In this document: positions 16,906 to 27,016 of the stretch, piece by piece
Layout: the number at the start of each line of letters is the position of its first letter
How positions within the stretch are numbered: the first letter of the stretch is position 1
Source of the DNA: Bdellovibrionota bacterium
Lineage (GTDB): Bacteria; Bdellovibrionota_C; UBA2361; OMIW01
Length of the DNA: 64,000 nucleotides
Assembly (NCBI GenBank): GCA_044235645.1
Contig: JBIIHQ010000007.1
Span: 34,628-98,627, forward strand
Reading direction: 5' to 3'
Notes under the pieces: model-generated
Database searches by the model: none
Told to the model about the DNA's origin: nothing
What the model saw: the letters and a program-made list of their open reading frames with translations, nothing else
Program-made: the position numbers and the translations under genes

Positions 16906-17922
16906 TTAACCCGCAAAAACTCGCAGATCGTTGTGATAAAGCTCCCGGATATCGGTGAAATCGCACAGTTGCGCGGCGAGCCGTCCCGTGCCAAATCCAA
17001 ATGCAAATCCTGCTATCTTATCAGGGTCGTACTTGAACTCCCGAAGCACGTTCCGGTGTATCATTCCCGCTCCCGCAACCGTTACCCAACCCGCGCCACC
17101 GCAGAGAGGACATCCTATTCCCTTACACGCGCTGCACTCCACCTGCGCGCCGATGCTCGGTTCAGTGTACGGATAGTATTTCGGGACAAATCGGACCTTG
17201 CGCCGCTTCCCATAAAGTTCTCGCAAAACGAACTGAATCGTCCCCATGAGGTTGGCAAGGGTGAGTCCCTTCTCGACCCACACTAAATCGAATTGATGGA
17301 AGAACGCCGTGTGCGAGGCGTCCTCTGCCTCGTTCCGATATACCCCCCCAGCCGCCATAGCCCGTACCGGCATCGCTCCCGCCTCGAGAGTCCGCGACTG
17401 CATCGAGGTGGTATGAGTACGAAGCACGTGACCCGTATCCGTGTAAAAGGTATCCTGAAGGTCACGGGCAGGATGATGCTGCGGGATGTTGAGCGCGTCG
17501 AAGCAGTAGTATTCAGTCTCGATAACAGGGCCATCGATCGCAACAAAGCCGAGCTGACGAAGAACTGCTGAAACGGTCTCCTCCACCCGTGAGATCGGGT
17601 GTATAAATCCCAACCCAGGCGAGCGCGCGGGAAGCGAGAGGTCGAAGAATTGCTTCTGCACGAGATTTCTGCGTTGTCGCTCGTCCAGTTGACGCTCCTT
17701 TTCCGCAACTGCCTCCTCAACAAGCGCTTTCAGCTCGTTGCACCGCTGCGCAACAGCGGGACGTTCATCAGCAGAAACCTCGCGCAATCGGGCAAAAAGC
17801 CCCTTGAGAATACCATCTTTGCTGAGCCACTCCTTTTTGAGCGCACCGATCTCAGCACTCGCCGCCTCAGCTCGGAATCGTTCAACGAGCGCACCTATTG
17901 CGTCTGTGGTAAGAGTTTCCAT
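16906..17922 (-). CDS. pheS: Phenylalanine--tRNA ligase alpha subunit
   Basis: 338 aa with class II aaRS motifs: HPARDLQDTFY, RTHTSMQ, GGVYRNE, and a GFAFGFGTGRLA C-terminus. Confidence 0.95.
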   Translation of the reverse strand: METLTTDAIGALVERFRAEAASAEIGALKKEWLSKDGILKGLFARLREVSADERPAVAQRCNELKALVEEAVAEKERQLDERQRRNLVQKQFFDLSLPARSPGLGFIHPISRVEETVSAVLRQLGFVAIDGPVIETEYYCFDALNIPQHHPARDLQDTFYTDTGHVLRTHTTSMQSRTLEAGAMPVRAMAAGGVYRNEAEDASHTAFFHQFDLVWVEKGLTLANLMGTIQFVLRELYGKRRKVRFVPKYYPYTEPSIGAQVECSACKGIGCPLCGGAGWVTVAGAGMIHRNVLREFKYDPDKIAGFAFGFGTGRLAAQLCDFTDIRELYHNDLRVFAG

Positions 17923-18072
17923 AGATCACCTTTTTTGATCGAAATAGGTTTCACGACTCGAGGAATATACGAGACCTGAAACAGCGAACATCGTCCCGAG
18001 AGCGTTCATCCGCCTGGAGCCGTTCCGAAAAAACCGTGGCGGGTGTTTTGGGGGCCCAAACCGATGGATTCT

Positions 18073-18594
18073 CTATTTCCGGGGATACCGCTTATCAAGG
18101 ATGCCGTTCCACTCAGCAAGGTAGCTCGAGCCATTTTCGAGGAGTGCCTCAACCTCACCCTCATCCCCGGAAACAGTCGCCTTGGCGATAACATCCCCCT
18201 GGCGAATAGCATCAACGACCTCTTGCCCTGCGATTACTCGACCAAAAACGGTGTGCCGCCCATCGAGATGCGGCGTCGGTCCGTGAGTGATAAAAAACTG
18301 ACTTCCATTTGTTCCCGGCCCCGCATTCGCCATCGAGAGCACCCCCGCGCGGTCGTGGCGAAGCGTCGGAACAAACTCATCCTCAAATCGATAACCGGGC
18401 CCGCCAAACCCCTTTCCTTCGGGATCGCCACCCTGAATCATGAAATCCGCGATAACTCGATGAAAGATAAGACCGTCGTAATACCCCCGCAAAATCAGAT
18501 TCACAAAGTTCGCTACCGTTTTCGGGGTTTCTTGGGGGGTAAGTGAGAGGATGATGGTGCCCCGACCAGTTTCAAGACTCGCTGTTATCGACAT
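18073..18594 (-). CDS. ppiB: Peptidyl-prolyl cis-trans isomerase, cyclophilin type (cytoplasmic)
   Basis: 173 aa with no signal peptide. Motifs include [45 protein letters not shown] and HTVFGRV. Confidence 0.9.
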   Translation of the reverse strand: MSITASLETGRGTIILSLTPQETPKTVANFVNLILRGYYDGLIFHRVIADFMIQGGDPEGKGFGGPGYRFEDEFVPTLRHDRAGVLSMANAGPGTNGSQFFITHGPTPHLDGRHTVFGRVIAGQEVVDAIRQGDVIAKATVSGDEGEVEALLENGSSYLAEWNGILDKRYPRK

Positions 18595-18930
18595 GAATTC
18601 ACCATTGCTGACATTACGTACATCGTTCAGCCCACCTGCCTACCGATGAAACGGCTGAGCGACGGAACTGCGTTCTTACTCTCCTTCTGATTGGCATTAT
18701 CGTCGCGGTTCCCCGACCACAATCGGCACCCTCAATACTTCGGATACCACTATGATGCGGCGGACCGTACGCTACAAAGCCTCACATCCAGATGGATTAT
18801 TGTCGAACAGATCCGGCCGTGCTACCCTCGCGGACATCCGTTTCGGGCGTCCCCTACAGAAGCCGCCCGTCCGACCTTTGTTCGAGGTCGTCAAAGTACC
18901 AAATTTTTGCACTCTGTCCAAGGAGCTCTC

Positions 18931-19743
18931 ATGTCGCTGTCCGAATCTTCGTCCTGTAAAAGCCCCTCAGGGAAGGGGTCATCCTGCAAAACGTCTTTCT
19001 GTCGCTTCGCGTCTGTAACATCTCTGGCAATCGCCCTCCTCGGGGGAATGGTGCTCGTTGGGGGCCAATCAAGCGCCGAGGTCGATCCCAAATTTGCCGA
19101 TCAGGTGAAGCAGTTTCTCGATACTCAGGATGGAAGGGCGACCCTCGTGACCGCCATGAAAAAGGCTGCCGTCGAAGAGCAGGAGCGGGAAAAGGCAGAG
19201 GAACTCGAGAATGCCTTTAAAAACCGGGCGGACGTTTCAATCGGCGCAAGCCCCGTCAAAGGTAATCCAGACGCACCAGTGACCATCGTCGAGTTCTCTG
19301 ACTTTGAGTGCCCGTACTGCAGTCGTGGGAACCAAACAGCTCAGCAGGTCCTGAAGGCCTATCCAAACAGCGTCAAGCTCGTCTTCAAGAACCTTCCTCT
19401 TCCGTTTCACAATGAAGCCACACCGGCTGCAAAAGCCGCTCTTGCTGCTGGGAAACAGGGCAAGTTCTGGGAGTTCCATGATGCGCTCTTCGCGAACCAG
19501 CAGAAGCTAGGGCAGGCGTTCTACGAGGAAACCGCCAAGAAGCTCGCCCTCAATCTCGAGCAGTGGAAAACAGACATGGCATCGGCCGAGGTAGTAGCAG
19601 CAGTTACCGCTGACCAGGAACAGGCAAAGAAACTAGGAGTTCACGGCACCCCCGGCTTTTTCGTCAATGGAGTGAAGATCGCGGGGGCATATCCATTTGA
19701 GCACTTCAAAGGAATCATTGATCGGCTGCTCACAACCAAATAG
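18931..19743 (+). CDS. DsbA-family thiol:disulfide oxidoreductase (thioredoxin fold, CPYC)
   Basis: ORF 18691..19743 trimmed to ATG 18931, which is preceded by AAGGAG (18920-18925). It has a hydrophobic N-terminal anchor, the active site FSDFECPYCSRG, and HGTPGFFVNG. Confidence 0.75.
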   Translation: MSLSESSSCKSPSGKGSSCKTSFCRFASVTSLAIALLGGMVLVGGQSSAEVDPKFADQVKQFLDTQDGRATLVTAMKKAAVEEQEREKAEELENAFKNRADVSIGASPVKGNPDAPVTIVEFSDFECPYCSRGNQTAQQVLKAYPNSVKLVFKNLPLPFHNEATPAAKAALAAGKQGKFWEFHDALFANQQKLGQAFYEETAKKLALNLEQWKTDMASAEVVAAVTADQEQAKKLGVHGTPGFFVNGVKIAGAYPFEHFKGIIDRLLTTK

Positions 19744-19770
19744 GTTATCCCAGCCAAATAGGTTATCCCA
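19736..19770. repeat. 18-bp-period tandem duplication spanning the stop codon of the DsbA-family gene
   Basis: CCAAATAGGTTATCCCA occurs at 19736-19752 and again at 19754-19770, separated by a single G. The first copy contains the TAG stop (19741-19743). Confidence 0.85.
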
Positions 19771-19961
19771 AGGACCCCTCAATGGGTTTTTAGGATAGCT
19801 TCAAGCGGATGGAGGCGCTATCATTGCGATTCCATCCGCATCTCCCAAACGGCTCATGGCGCTTACTTTATCATCCTCGGTCCAGAGTGCCCTCTCAAAT
19901 TGCAATTTTCTGAGCTCCAAGGGTCAGAAAATTCCACCTCAGTCGACCGATTGACAAAACT

Positions 19962-21134
19962 TTACAACAACAGCTTCTCAAGAATATCCAGTCCCTCAGC
20001 GAGTACCTCCTCGTCGCTGAGAAGGGAAAACGCTCCCCACACACCTGCTTCATGAACCCCGTAGAAATAGCCGGGATGCAGAACTACTCCATTCGTCGCC
20101 GCACGCTCAAAAAACCGCTCATCATTCCCACCCGTTGCTCGCCACTGCCCGTTGGGCACCAACTCAGCCATGGCCATCCATCCTCCTTGGGGTAGAGATA
20201 CCCTCAACCAATGACGCTCACCGAGTAACTCCAGCGTCCTCCGACATCGAAGGGCGACCGATTGATTGACGGTGGCCAGATAGTGCTTCCCCTCCCGCAT
20301 CATCGCGCCCATCAGGAACTGACTTAGTCCCGAGCAGCTTAAAAGAAGATCATTCGCATACACCAGTGGAGAGCCGTACTGCCTCCATGCTGCCTCATTC
20401 AACCCCATCCAGCCGACCTTCAGATCGGGTGCACAGAAGCTTTTTGAGATTCCATTGAGGAGGATAACAGGATAGTCAGTTTCCATCGCACGGTAGTGAC
20501 AGGTACGCTCTTTGCCGTGCAAAGCCTGCGCAAATACCTCATCGATGATAAGAGGTGGACGGTAGGGAAGATGTTTTAGCACTTCAATAATAGCGATTAG
20601 TTCATCAGCACCCACAATCGTGCCGGTGGGATTATTCGGACTGACAAGTACAACAGCTGCCACCGATTGATCGAGAAATCCCTCAAACGATTGAGGCGCA
20701 TACCGCCACTGGGCATGACGCCGAAGCGGAACTCCACGGGTTGAGACTCCTCGTTGAAGCGCGAATTCATCGAGGAGGGGGTACGAAGGACTGGGGACCA
20801 GAATCGTACTCCCCGCGGGACAAAGGCTCTGCAAAAGCAATTGATAGCTCTCAGATGTGCTTGCGGTAATGATAATACGTTCTGGCATCAGCTCGACCCG
20901 ATGGTTGATGCGATACCATTCACTAATCGCATTCCGCGCATCACGTGAGCCTTGCGGGTCTGCTTGATAATCTCGATTCAAAAAATATCGGCGCGAAGCC
21001 TCAATAAGGAGCTCAGTCGAAAATGGCGGTAAAAACCCAATCGGATCCGCCCTCGAGAGATCAACAAGGGGCAGCCCCTCTGACTTCCTCAGTTCGATCG
21101 CTCGAGCGATGGCGTTATACCCTGTTTCCATCAT
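19962..21134 (-). CDS. PLP-dependent aminotransferase, class I/II
   Basis: 390 aa. Motifs are VLVSPNNPTG, and the Lys motif LNGISKSFCAPDLKVGW matches the SKxF...G.R.GW pattern. Confidence 0.8.
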   Translation of the reverse strand: MMETGYNAIARAIELRKSEGLPLVDLSRADPIGFLPPFSTELLIEASRRYFLNRDYQADPQGSRDARNAISEWYRINHRVELMPERIIITASTSESYQLLLQSLCPAGSTILVPSPSYPLLDEFALQRGVSTRGVPLRRHAQWRYAPQSFEGFLDQSVAAVVLVSPNNPTGTIVGADELIAIIEVLKHLPYRPPLIIDEVFAQALHGKERTCHYRAMETDYPVILLNGISKSFCAPDLKVGWMGLNEAAWRQYGSPLVYANDLLLSCSGLSQFLMGAMMREGKHYLATVNQSVALRCRRTLELLGERHWLRVSLPQGGWMAMAELVPNGQWRATGGNDERFFERAATNGVVLHPGYFYGVHEAGVWGAFSLLSDEEVLAEGLDILEKLLL

Positions 21135-21200
21135 ACTCTGTTTCCATCTGCGTCATGTCACCCTTGCGCCCCCCCTCTTTGTGCTCCAACCATGTCGTCA

Positions 21201-21839
21201 TCACTTTTGCATGATACTTCGGTGTCCATTAATGGAAACGATAATGTGGTCGAGAAGTCCAATCCCGAGGAGCTCCCCCGCCTGTTTGATCCGTTCGGTT
21301 ATCGAGATATCCTGGGGGCTTGGACTCAACTCACCTGATGGATGATTGTGCGCGAGGATGATCGAACATGCTCTGTCCGTTATAGCATCGCTGAAAACCT
21401 CCCTCGGGTGCAAATGGCACATATTGGCGAGCCCGATAGTCACCACTCTGGTTGCGATCACTTCGTTGGCTCCGTTAAGAGTCAAACAAACGAGATGTTC
21501 CTGTTTCGCCTGACTAATGAAACCAACGAGCGGTGCAACATCGCTGGGGCTTTTCACCCGATACCCGCGGGGGGCGATCCGTCGCCGGGAGAACTCAACC
21601 GCCGCCTCGAGCTGCGCCGCCTTTGCCGAGCCGATACCCTTTATATTCCTCAAAGCAATACTGAGTTCCCCCTCCCGAGGGCTATTGAAGACCTCTAAAA
21701 CGACTTCAGAAATCTGCGAAACATGCCGACCTCTCGTGCCAGATCCGAGCAAAACCGTGAGAAGCTCAGAATCTGAAAGGGCGTGGGCGCCCTGTTTCAG
21801 GAGTTTTTCTCGAGGTAGTGGCGCAGGGGAGGATTCCAT
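21201..21839 (-). CDS. radC: RadC-family JAB-domain protein
   Basis: 212 aa. The N-terminal HhH-like region reads LSDSELLTVLLGSGTRG. The C-terminal JAMM motif reads ILAHNHPSGELSPSPQDISITERI. Confidence 0.85.
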   Translation of the reverse strand: MESSPAPLPREKLLKQGAHALSDSELLTVLLGSGTRGRHVSQISEVVLEVFNSPREGELSIALRNIKGIGSAKAAQLEAAVEFSRRRIAPRGYRVKSPSDVAPLVGFISQAKQEHLVCLTLNGANEVIATRVVTIGLANMCHLHPREVFSDAITDRACSIILAHNHPSGELSPSPQDISITERIKQAGELLGIGLLDHIIVSINGHRSIMQK

Positions 21840-21969
21840 CCGGTCGCTCGTGAGATAGCGTGACTAGGCAAGAGAATATGGCAGGAGGGTGGCGAACGAT
21901 AATCGCTCCACCTTGACCTGTTATCGGCACGAGCCCATAGGAAGTTTCCATCGGTGAAGGGACCAGTTC

Positions 21970-23025
21970 ATGTTCAAGCTGCGACCGCAGGGCCATCGCG
22001 CACCTCAACGACCCGTTTCTCGCGGAGGGAGCGCTCCGTCTCATACCTCAACCAATCGAACGGGTGAAGCATCTATAATCCCCGCACGACCCTCCTCCCC
22101 TCCCCCACACCGCTCACCAGGACATATCTCGACGAACGGGCATCAACATACACGAGCAACCGGGCGCGGACTCGCCGAATTCGATCGAGCCCTCAGTAAG
22201 TTCGAGAATCTTCCTGATATCTCGTTTCTTCCGGATATGCACATCATCGTCCGACTTGACGCCCACAGGCTCGGGATCCACTGGGCATCATTTCCCGATG
22301 CTGACTATCCCCTCGGAGCCTCCTTTTCTCAGGGACTTCGTGCGGCCGCTGTTGCTCTGTTCACGAGTGGTATCCGCATCCTCTTTATCTTTGCCCATGG
22401 CGATGAACTATCAGTAGCGATTGATCCACAAGAACTGATCAACGGAAGAAAAAAAGCGCGTCTCGTGTCGGGACTTGCGAGTGCTGCATCGGTAGGACTG
22501 TGCACCGCGCTCGGTCGCGGAGCTCTTTTCCACGCAAAAGTGAGTGAGTTGCCCTCGAGCGACCATGTTATCGATTACCTCCTCTGGCAGCGACTCGTTG
22601 CCCGGCGAAATACTATCGCTCGTTTCCTCTCTCTTAAACTAGCCGAGGCAGCACTACCCAAAAGCGAAGTAGACCGAATCCTCACAAAGGCGGGGGAGGA
22701 GGAACGGCTCGCAACCCTGAGTCACTTTGGGCTCGATTACGCATCGCTAACACCCTACCAGCATCGGGGTGCCCTTCTCTGGTGGGCCTCTTCGCCCATC
22801 CCGTCCTCGATACGTATAGAGGGCCAGCCTTTCGGTATCGCCGAGTGTGTTGACCTCCCCGAGGAGGATGAGTTTGTCATGGGGATTAGGGCCATTCTTC
22901 GGGGGGTGAGTATAAGCACAGAAGGGGAGGCTCCTGTTTTTCAGCGAGAGCTCCCACGGGAAAATCTGACCAACGACGATTTTGCGAGTGATGGCAACGA
23001 TGAGTCAGAGGACGACACCGACTGA
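21970..23025 (+). CDS. Thg1-like protein (tRNA-His guanylyltransferase/3'-5' polymerase family) with low-complexity N-terminus and acidic tail
   Basis: The core FDRALSKFENLPDISFLPDMHIIVRLDAHRL ... ILFIFAHGDELSVAI matches the Thg1 pattern (F E ... vvRlDG..F ... SDE.S). The first ~70 aa are Pro/Ser/Arg-rich and the true start is uncertain. The C-terminus NDDFASDGNDESEDDTD is acidic. Confidence 0.5.
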   Translation: MFKLRPQGHRAPQRPVSRGGSAPSHTSTNRTGEASIIPARPSSPPPHRSPGHISTNGHQHTRATGRGLAEFDRALSKFENLPDISFLPDMHIIVRLDAHRLGIHWASFPDADYPLGASFSQGLRAAAVALFTSGIRILFIFAHGDELSVAIDPQELINGRKKARLVSGLASAASVGLCTALGRGALFHAKVSELPSSDHVIDYLLWQRLVARRNTIARFLSLKLAEAALPKSEVDRILTKAGEEERLATLSHFGLDYASLTPYQHRGALLWWASSPIPSSIRIEGQPFGIAECVDLPEEDEFVMGIRAILRGVSISTEGEAPVFQRELPRENLTNDDFASDGNDESEDDTD

Positions 23026-23091
23026 GTCTCAACTAAGCGCAAACATGCGCCCCACTCAATGATGAGGTCAACGTCTGCGCTTCGATGAGTT

Positions 23092-23586
23092 TTACGCGGC
23101 GCGCACCGACACTTTACGAACGCCCTTCTCGACACCCGCTTTCTTAGGCAGCACAAGGCGAAGGACACCATTCTTGAGTGTACAATCGATCGCTTCCTGA
23201 TTTATCGCACAGCTCAGCGGTACAACCCGTTCAAATCGTCCGTACGAGGTTTCGTGGTAGGTTACCTCTCCCTCGGTCTTCTCTTCCTCGTATCGCTTCT
23301 CACCCTTGATGGTGAGATAATCGTCACCGAGAGAAATATCTATCTCCTTCTCTGATATTCCGGGCAATTCGCATCGGACGACTATCTCCCTCTCACTCTC
23401 CTTGAGATCGAGCCGAGGCGAATAGGCAAGCCTTCGCTCGGATAGTTCAGAGGAGATATCTGAGGCAAATCCGGGGAAAAACCCCTCAAAGAGCCGATTA
23501 ATTTCGGTTTGTAGTCGCGTTACTGGGTCTAATCGGATTAGCCCCTTCGTTTCTTCTCGCCACGGCACTAAATCACGCAGTTTCAT
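23092..23586 (-). CDS. Small heat-shock protein, Hsp20/alpha-crystallin family
   Basis: 164 aa. The alpha-crystallin domain reads PRLDLKESEREIVVRCELPGISEKEIDISLGDDYLTIKGEK, with SD AGGGAGG upstream. Confidence 0.9.
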   Translation of the reverse strand: MKLRDLVPWREETKGLIRLDPVTRLQTEINRLFEGFFPGFASDISSELSERRLAYSPRLDLKESEREIVVRCELPGISEKEIDISLGDDYLTIKGEKRYEEEKTEGEVTYHETSYGRFERVVPLSCAINQEAIDCTLKNGVLRLVLPKKAGVEKGVRKVSVRAA

Positions 23587-24079
23587 AAAGCCTCCCTTTG
23601 CAAGTATTCACAACGACAGCTTGACTACCCAACTGGATGCAACAACCGACGCGAATATGCTCCCCCGACCCGGTGAGCAACAACCCGATCGACCATGCTG
23701 CTTCCACCTCTTAAGTAATCAGGGGACGGTAATCGGTCAATCAGACAAAATCTGCTCTGAGAATCTTGATTCGAAACGGTGCGTGGAGGGGAAAAACGTT
23801 CTCACTGCGCAAATAATTTATCACCCTTTCGTCGCGTATACTCGCTTGGAGGTTCACAAGCGGGGAATAATTACGATACAAATGAACCGAATACATTCGA
23901 AAATAGAGCGGGATGTGAAAATGACTCTCCCCTCAATAAAAAAAATCGCCAAACAGCCGTTCCAAGAAGAGGGGAAATGAGCGACTGCTCATCTCTTACT
24001 CCCTCCTTTTGAACATCCCGCTGCTTGACGACCTAACTTCGATATTTATCCCTCACTCCCTCCTCAAGGGATACCAACT

Positions 24080-24580
24080 TTAAAAGGGGATATCGTCATC
24101 ATCGAACGAAATATCTCCTGATGGGGCGACTGTCGAAAGAGAGTCCGCGGTCTTGAGCGATGCAAAAACCCCCGGCGCATTCCCCACCTGGGCCATCGGC
24201 GTCTCATGCATTGGCGCTTCAGACAGATAGTCGCTATCAGAGCCGATCTCCTGCTTACTCCCGAGAAACATTACCGAGTCCGCAACAACCTCGGTCGTGT
24301 ACCTATCGCGCCCCTCTTTATCCTGCCATTTTCGGGTTTGTAGCTTACCCTCGATATACACCTGCCGACCCTTGCGCAGAAATCTCCCTGAATTCTCAGC
24401 TACCTTCCCAAAACACACGACTGAATGCCATTCGGTATGATCACTCCAGTTACCACTTTGATCTTTCCGACGATCCTTTGTGGCAACCGTCATCGTACAT
24501 ATAGCAACTCCTGAATTTGCCTGCCGTACCTCTGGGTCCTTTCCCAGGTTACCGATAAGCAATACTTTATTCAGCGACAT
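24080..24580 (-). CDS. ssb: Single-stranded DNA-binding protein
   Basis: 166 aa. The OB-fold N-terminus is MSLNKVLLIGNLGKDPEVRQ...TEWHSVVCFGK, and the acidic tip is DDDIPF. Confidence 0.95.
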   Translation of the reverse strand: MSLNKVLLIGNLGKDPEVRQANSGVAICTMTVATKDRRKDQSGNWSDHTEWHSVVCFGKVAENSGRFLRKGRQVYIEGKLQTRKWQDKEGRDRYTTEVVADSVMFLGSKQEIGSDSDYLSEAPMHETPMAQVGNAPGVFASLKTADSLSTVAPSGDISFDDDDIPF

Positions 24581-24727
24581 AGTTCCTCCACTGGTTGTTT
24601 TTGAACGATTTGTTCAGTTATCTGAGCCTCTGCCCGAGGGTTTGGTCCTCTCATCCCTTTCAATTTATTTTCGATTTATCAGAGGCTAAAGTTTCGCCTT
24701 GAGATATTCCTATTTCTTTCTCTCTTT

Positions 24728-25948
24728 CTATCCCCTTTTCACTAACGGCGATGCCAGTAGTTCCGCGAGCAGTCCGATGAGCTCCTCCTCTCGACCGACA
24801 TCTATCGAAACTGCCGCCGCATGGGGGTGACATCCATCAACAAGCCCTCCCATCGAGCGGGCGACAAGTGGCAACAACTCTGTGAGAGGAGCGGCAGCTC
24901 CTCCAGAGACCTGGGCGGCAATTCCCGTTGGCAGACGCATCGATACTTTTACCTGATTGAGCGGTACCGGTCCAATACCCGGGATAGCATTTGGGACTCT
25001 TTGAAATCCTACGAGGTACCGGTCAGGATCAACCCGGCCTTGCGCAATAAGGTCTTCACATACCAGCCCCACTGTCTTGACTCCAAAGTCAGAGCATGAA
25101 TCGCCGAGCGAAAACCATTGTATGGGCGCCGTCAGATGATGCTGCAGAATAATCCCATCCTCCCCCCAGACCCCCTCAGCATATCGCCCACGCGCCTTCT
25201 CGGCCAGGTGGAGCATTCCCCTTATCTCGCCACTCAATAACCCCTTGAGCGCGAAATCGGGACCACCTCTCTGGTAATCAAATGCGCCGAGAGCATTCAC
25301 ACCGTCAACAATCGAGGTCAGGGAATAGTCGCCCTTCATGAACACTCCCCTTGCGTCCCGGGAAAGGGAGCCTCCCTCTAACGCGCGAGCCGACACGACG
25401 CGATTAAGTCCCTCATCTCGGTGCCCATCTCCAAGCCATCCTAAAACCCCTAACCACGTCAGGTCCCTGTTATCTGGAGAGAGAGATTCAGCGAAGAGCG
25501 CGCAAACAGAAGCAGCACACGCCCCACGTGACCCATTAATTCCGAGAGTAATGGGGTTCAGGAGGAAAACTCGCGAGGACTGGGGGGCATGCCCCCTTCC
25601 CCATCCCTCCTCTAACTGGTGGTGATCGAGCAGGAGAAGCTTTCCATCCGGTGGGAGCAAACGGACAAACTGCGATATGACACCAGAGCCAAAGTCAGCA
25701 ACAACGATAAGCCTCTCGTCACGTTCCTCGAGAATACGTCGAACCACCTCAGGGAACGGCTTTTCGAGGCAGTAACGGGCAACCCGCATGTTAAGACGGG
25801 CAAACGCCGCGGAGAGGATCGCCCCCGAAGCGATACCATCGGCGTCATTGTGATGAAAGACAAGACACGGCGAATGCTGGTACTCTTCCCGAACCTTTTT
25901 GGCAGTATCGTTAACAGCTCTTATAAATTGTTCAATTACATCTGACAC
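24728..25948 (-). CDS. DHH/DHHA1-family phosphoesterase
   Basis: 406 aa. Motifs are VFHHNDADGIASGAIL, VVADFGSG, LLLDHHQ and a C-terminal GGLVDGCHPHAAAV (GGGH-like). It is much shorter than RecJ. Confidence 0.7.
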   Translation of the reverse strand: MSDVIEQFIRAVNDTAKKVREEYQHSPCLVFHHNDADGIASGAILSAAFARLNMRVARYCLEKPFPEVVRRILEERDERLIVVADFGSGVISQFVRLLPPDGKLLLLDHHQLEEGWGRGHAPQSSRVFLLNPITLGINGSRGACAASVCALFAESLSPDNRDLTWLGVLGWLGDGHRDEGLNRVVSARALEGGSLSRDARGVFMKGDYSLTSIVDGVNALGAFDYQRGGPDFALKGLLSGEIRGMLHLAEKARGRYAEGVWGEDGIILQHHLTAPIQWFSLGDSCSDFGVKTVGLVCEDLIAQGRVDPDRYLVGFQRVPNAIPGIGPVPLNQVKVSMRLPTGIAAQVSGGAAAPLTELLPLVARSMGGLVDGCHPHAAAVSIDVGREEELIGLLAELLASPLVKRG

Positions 25949-26292
25949 TTATCCCCACCCTACCACAACGAGTATCATCCGATAGCTGTTTGAAATATTT
26001 CCTTCCCCTCAAACAACCGACCATTCATCTATCATTGCACTAGTTCGCCGACAACCCCTGAATAACAGGGGATGATTGGTACCACCACTCACCACTCAGA
26101 GACTATCGGAGATCCGTGTTCTATTTATACCACAGATTTTCTTTGAAATTGGGAGCTCATGGTCGGTATAATAACGGTGTACTAGAAAGTTAGTTCTTGT
26201 TTTAGATTACCGATGCACCTGACTGAAGTCCCTTCAATGAGACCCTTTCAAGGAGCTATAAGCAAACCGTATTTGGGTTAAGAGGGGTTGTC

Positions 26293-26955
26293 ATGACCAT
26301 TGTCTGTATCTCTCGCCGTGATTCATCGATCATAGCCGTTTTAACCACAGGTACCGTAGATGGAGCATCTCCTGTTTTTCCGACGCAGATTCTGCAAGAA
26401 AATACTGCCGTCACCTTCGGAATAAAAACCCGCTGGACAACAATAAACGGCTCTCTTGAGGGGTTCTCCGGTGTTGTTTCCCTCGACGAGTCGGCAGGAA
26501 CAAAAATTCCTCACGGCCAGATCGTATTTCCGCTCGATAGAATTAGGACGAACACCCTCGCGGCCAATAGGTCACTCCACTCTCTATGCCAGAGTCTTCA
26601 TCACCCTCGAGCCCGGTTTACAATCTTAGGAATTGACGGGATCGACCATATCGAGCACCTCGGGGTAGGAGACTCGATGCCCGTCCAGATTGATGGCGTT
26701 CTCACGATCAGGGCGGTCTCTCAGATGGTTTGGATCTTTGGCACTGTGAGACGAACCCCTTGTCACGTTTGCTTCTCGGGAGACGGTAGCTTTGACTGGC
26801 GCGAGTTCGGTATTGCCCTTCCCAAACGATACCTGCTCAGTGGGGTATCACCACTGGTGTCAATTCATGTTGAGACATCTCTGCCAGTTTACGGGAACCA
26901 GATTTCTTTTGAAGACAACGATAACGCCTCAACCGATCACTGGGCATCAACATAG
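26293..26955 (+). CDS. YceI-like polyisoprenoid-binding family protein (tentative)
   Basis: 220 aa. VTFGIKTRWTTINGSLEGFSGVVSLDE, IDGVLTIRAVSQMV and FDWREFGI fit the YceI pattern by eye. Confidence 0.45.
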   Translation: MTIVCISRRDSSIIAVLTTGTVDGASPVFPTQILQENTAVTFGIKTRWTTINGSLEGFSGVVSLDESAGTKIPHGQIVFPLDRIRTNTLAANRSLHSLCQSLHHPRARFTILGIDGIDHIEHLGVGDSMPVQIDGVLTIRAVSQMVWIFGTVRRTPCHVCFSGDGSFDWREFGIALPKRYLLSGVSPLVSIHVETSLPVYGNQISFEDNDNASTDHWAST

Positions 26956-27016
26956 ACTGATGCCGAATCCACAAACAATTCTGATACCTGATTATCATGG
27001 GAGAAGGATCCGGCAA

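Noticed and set aside
23621-23980. A 119-aa plus-strand ORF lies in the 490-nt hsp20-ssb intergenic region.
   Set aside because: It has no SD, no recognisable motif and an odd composition. The region more likely holds the hsp20 promoter and leader and the ssb 3' end.
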